Shown in pieces: positions 27,322 through 29,340 of a DNA stretch of 29,340 nucleotides. Source of the DNA: a virus; IMG/VR virus record IMGVR_UViG_3300028833_002847; one strand, 5' to 3'. The translations under genes and the position numbers were made by a program. Each line of letters opens with the position of its first letter. Position 1 is the first letter of the stretch. The notes below the pieces were generated by a model. That model saw only the letters and a program-made list of their open reading frames with translations. It was not told where the DNA came from and did no database searches.

Positions 27322-27383
27322 ATTGTAAATTTTTAATTATATTATAAATAAGTGAGCACAAAATCTAGTATAGGGAGGAATAG

Positions 27384-27587
27384 ATGATTACACTTTATAG
27401 TACAGGTTGTCCTCGTTGTAAAGTTTTAGAGCAAAAACTTCAACAAAAAAATATTGATTTTAATATAGAATCAGATATGCAAACTATTATTGATATGGGT
27501 TTTAGAGCAGCTCCTATTCTTAAAGTAGATGAAAACTTTTATGATTTTGGAGGAGCTATTAAGTGGGTAAATTCATATGAAGATTAA
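27384..27587 (+). CDS. Glutaredoxin-like (NrdH-like) redoxin, 67 aa
   Basis: CPRC active site near the N-terminus (MITLYSTGCPRCKVLE). Small thioredoxin-fold size. Adjacent to the ribonucleotide reductase. Confidence 0.6.
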   Translation: MITLYSTGCPRCKVLEQKLQQKNIDFNIESDMQTIIDMGFRAAPILKVDENFYDFGGAIKWVNSYED

Positions 27588-27588
27588 T

Positions 27589-29340
27589 ATGAAATTAAAC
27601 CGCAATTTTACAACTCAATATAATAAATTGCAAGGTGAATTTGGAACAGAAATTGCAGAATTAAATGGTTTTGGAGATGAGCAACTTTCTTATACGGATT
27701 TTATTTCTAATTTTATAGATAAACAAACAGTAGCAGATGCTTCTATTGATAGTAATTCAAATGTTAGTCATAAAGACATTGTAACTTTAGAAAGAGAAAT
27801 GCCTAAACCTCATTCTAAGCTTTTAGCTTTTAATAAAATTTATTATGAAATTCAAAAGAAATATGGGTTTAAAACAGCTAATGAGTGGTTGCGGGCAGAG
27901 TGGATAGGTCAGCTTTATATGCACGACGCTCCATCATCAACATTTAGACACTATTGTTTTGCTTATGACTTAAAAGATTTAGCAGAAAGAGGGTTATACT
28001 TCTTTCCTGAAAGAAATGCTAAACCAGCAGAGCATTATACAACTTTTATTGATTTTGTAAAAGAGTTTGTTAATTATACTTGTAATCGATCTTCAGGTGC
28101 AGTAGGGTTGCCAAATCTTCTTCCATATATGTTTTACTTCTGGAAAAAAGATATAAATGACGATTATCTAGGCATACGAACTTCGGGCAATGAACGATAC
28201 TATGCTGATCAGGGATTCCAACGATTTATTTACGCGGTAAACCAAAACATCATGAGAGATGGTTCACAATCAGCTTTCACAAATACATCAATTTTTGATC
28301 GACCATATTTTGAAGCTCTTTTTGGTGGATCAACATTTCCTGATGGAACCTTTATGATTGATTATGAAGAAGAAATAATTGAATTTCAAAAATGGTATAT
28401 GGAAGTTATGTCTGAAATTCGATCAACTAATATGTTAACATTCCCAGTAAACACAATATCTCTTCTTCGTAAAGAAGGAAAATATGATTTAAACACTCTT
28501 GATGGTTTTGTTGATCAAAATTTTGCAGAGTGGGCTATTAAACATAATATGAAATGGTCAGATTCAAATATTTTTCAAGATACATCTGTTAATAGTTTAT
28601 CAAATTGTTGTCGATTAAAAAGTGATATTGCTGAGCTTGGCTATTTTAATAGCGTCGGGGGATCAGCACTTAAAGTCGGATCTGTTAAAGTATCGACAAT
28701 AAATCTTGCTCGTTTAGCATTAGATACAGATTCAGAAGAAGAATATTTACAAGAACTTGAATATAGATTAATTTTAAATCTTAAAGCTCTTGATTGTATT
28801 CGCCATATAATTCAAAGAAATGTTGACAAGGGTTTGCTTCCTAATTTTTCATATGGCTTAGTTGATTTCCCGCATCTTTATAATACAATTGGCTTCCTTG
28901 GTGTTTATGAAACAATGAAAAAATTTGGATACACTAAAGTAGATACATTAGGTAATACTTATTATACTGATAAAGCTTCTTTGTTCGGTCAGAAAATTTT
29001 TGAAACTATTCGTGAAGTATCTAATCAATTTATTAAAGATAATAATTTAGATTATAAGATTAATTGTGAACAAATTCCTGGTGAAAATGCAGCAGATAAA
29101 TTGATGAAAAAAGATAAATTCTTTTATCCAAATGCTAATATTTATGATTTACCATTATATGGTAATCAATTTATTCCTTTAGGAATTCAAACTACTGGAC
29201 AAGAAAGAGTTAGAATTCAGGCGCAATTTGATGCTTTCTGTAATGGAGGATCAATACTCCATTATAATATTGATGCACCTTTTACAAGTTACGAAAAAGC
29301 TTTATATATGACTAATTATATTGCTCAAAAACGTGTTACA
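27589..29340 (+). CDS. nrdD: Anaerobic ribonucleoside-triphosphate reductase NrdD (class III), 3'-truncated by the window end
   Basis: Frame open from ATG 27589 to the window end (584 codons). LSNCCRLKSD...GSVKVSTINLARLALDT aligns with T4 NrdD PMGCRSF...GVVTLNLPRIALDS (recalled from memory). Not in the ORF track because no stop codon is reached. Confidence 0.7.
   Translation, partial: MKLNRNFTTQYNKLQGEFGTEIAELNGFGDEQLSYTDFISNFIDKQTVADASIDSNSNVSHKDIVTLEREMPKPHSKLLAFNKIYYEIQKKYGFKTANEWLRAEWIGQLYMHDAPSSTFRHYCFAYDLKDLAERGLYFFPERNAKPAEHYTTFIDFVKEFVNYTCNRSSGAVGLPNLLPYMFYFWKKDINDDYLGIRTSGNERYYADQGFQRFIYAVNQNIMRDGSQSAFTNTSIFDRPYFEALFGGSTFPDGTFMIDYEEEIIEFQKWYMEVMSEIRSTNMLTFPVNTISLLRKEGKYDLNTLDGFVDQNFAEWAIKHNMKWSDSNIFQDTSVNSLSNCCRLKSDIAELGYFNSVGGSALKVGSVKVSTINLARLALDTDSEEEYLQELEYRLILNLKALDCIRHIIQRNVDKGLLPNFSYGLVDFPHLYNTIGFLGVYETMKKFGYTKVDTLGNTYYTDKASLFGQKIFETIREVSNQFIKDNNLDYKINCEQIPGENAADKLMKKDKFFYPNANIYDLPLYGNQFIPLGIQTTGQERVRIQAQFDAFCNGGSILHYNIDAPFTSYEKALYMTNYIAQKRVT

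Noticed and set aside
27322-27383. A promoter upstream of the redoxin gene (ttgtaa ... tataaa)
   Set aside because: The spacing between the best hexamers is 14 nt and both hexamers are degenerate. Not supported at the standard applied to the seven conserved promoters.
1-29340. Genetic code 25 (TGA = Gly) or a Mollicutes code-4 genome
   Set aside because: The TGA in ThyX HAQ-W-EI falls on an invariant Trp, excluding Gly. A Mollicutes host is disfavoured because TGG supplies most Trp, Shine-Dalgarno sites are strong and an LPXTG sorting signal is present. It cannot be fully excluded from sequence alone.
1-29340. CRISPR arrays, tandem repeats, transposase or integrase genes
   Set aside because: No regularly spaced direct repeats, no long tandem repeats and no recombinase-like motifs were seen on either strand. 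All repeats found are short hairpins (terminators) or promoter copies.

Overview
AT-rich (about 27% GC) window in which every supportable gene is on the + strand, which is typical of a tailed-phage or prophage genome. It runs from the end of a late, structural-looking block into a long early DNA-metabolism and replication module.

Late-looking block (1-3511): a 5'-truncated gene for an LPXTG-anchored protein resembling a backbone pilin, then small genes that look like tail-fibre or receptor-binding parts, including one with a GENGNW fibre-like motif and one beta-helix repeat protein.

Early module (3613-29340), split into operons by repeated TTGACA-N18-(TG)nTATAAT promoters and hairpin-plus-T-run terminators:
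- ThyX, a SpoU-type RNA methyltransferase, two calcineurin-like metallophosphoesterases, dCMP deaminase, and a small DUF2493/SLOG-like Rossmann-fold protein.
- A nucleotidyltransferase followed by a possible HEPN-like protein.
- Type II topoisomerase B and A subunits, ATP-dependent DNA ligase, a winged-helix (wHTH) protein, and a putative SSB.
- A Sak4-like RecA-family ATPase, DnaB helicase, DnaG primase, a RecJ-like exonuclease, DnaE-type Pol III alpha, a glutaredoxin-like protein and a 3'-truncated anaerobic ribonucleotide reductase NrdD.

Most important observation: TGA is never used as a stop codon. Every gene ends in TAA or TAG, and several genes contain in-frame TGA at positions where Trp is expected. 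The clearest case is the ThyX HAQ-W-EI motif; the DUF2493 protein, pilin-like protein, RecJ N-terminus and others also have them. The window is therefore translated with TGA = Trp (table 4-like). TGG still supplies the great majority of Trp codons, and the TGA codons are clustered in a handful of genes. Together with the strong AAAGGAGG ribosome-binding sites, the Firmicutes-style promoters and the LPXTG sorting signal, this fits a stop-codon-recoded phage of a Gram-positive host better than a Mollicutes genome.

The six-frame ORF track was computed with the standard code, so it misses or fragments all of the TGA-containing genes. Gene boundaries for those genes were re-derived by hand.
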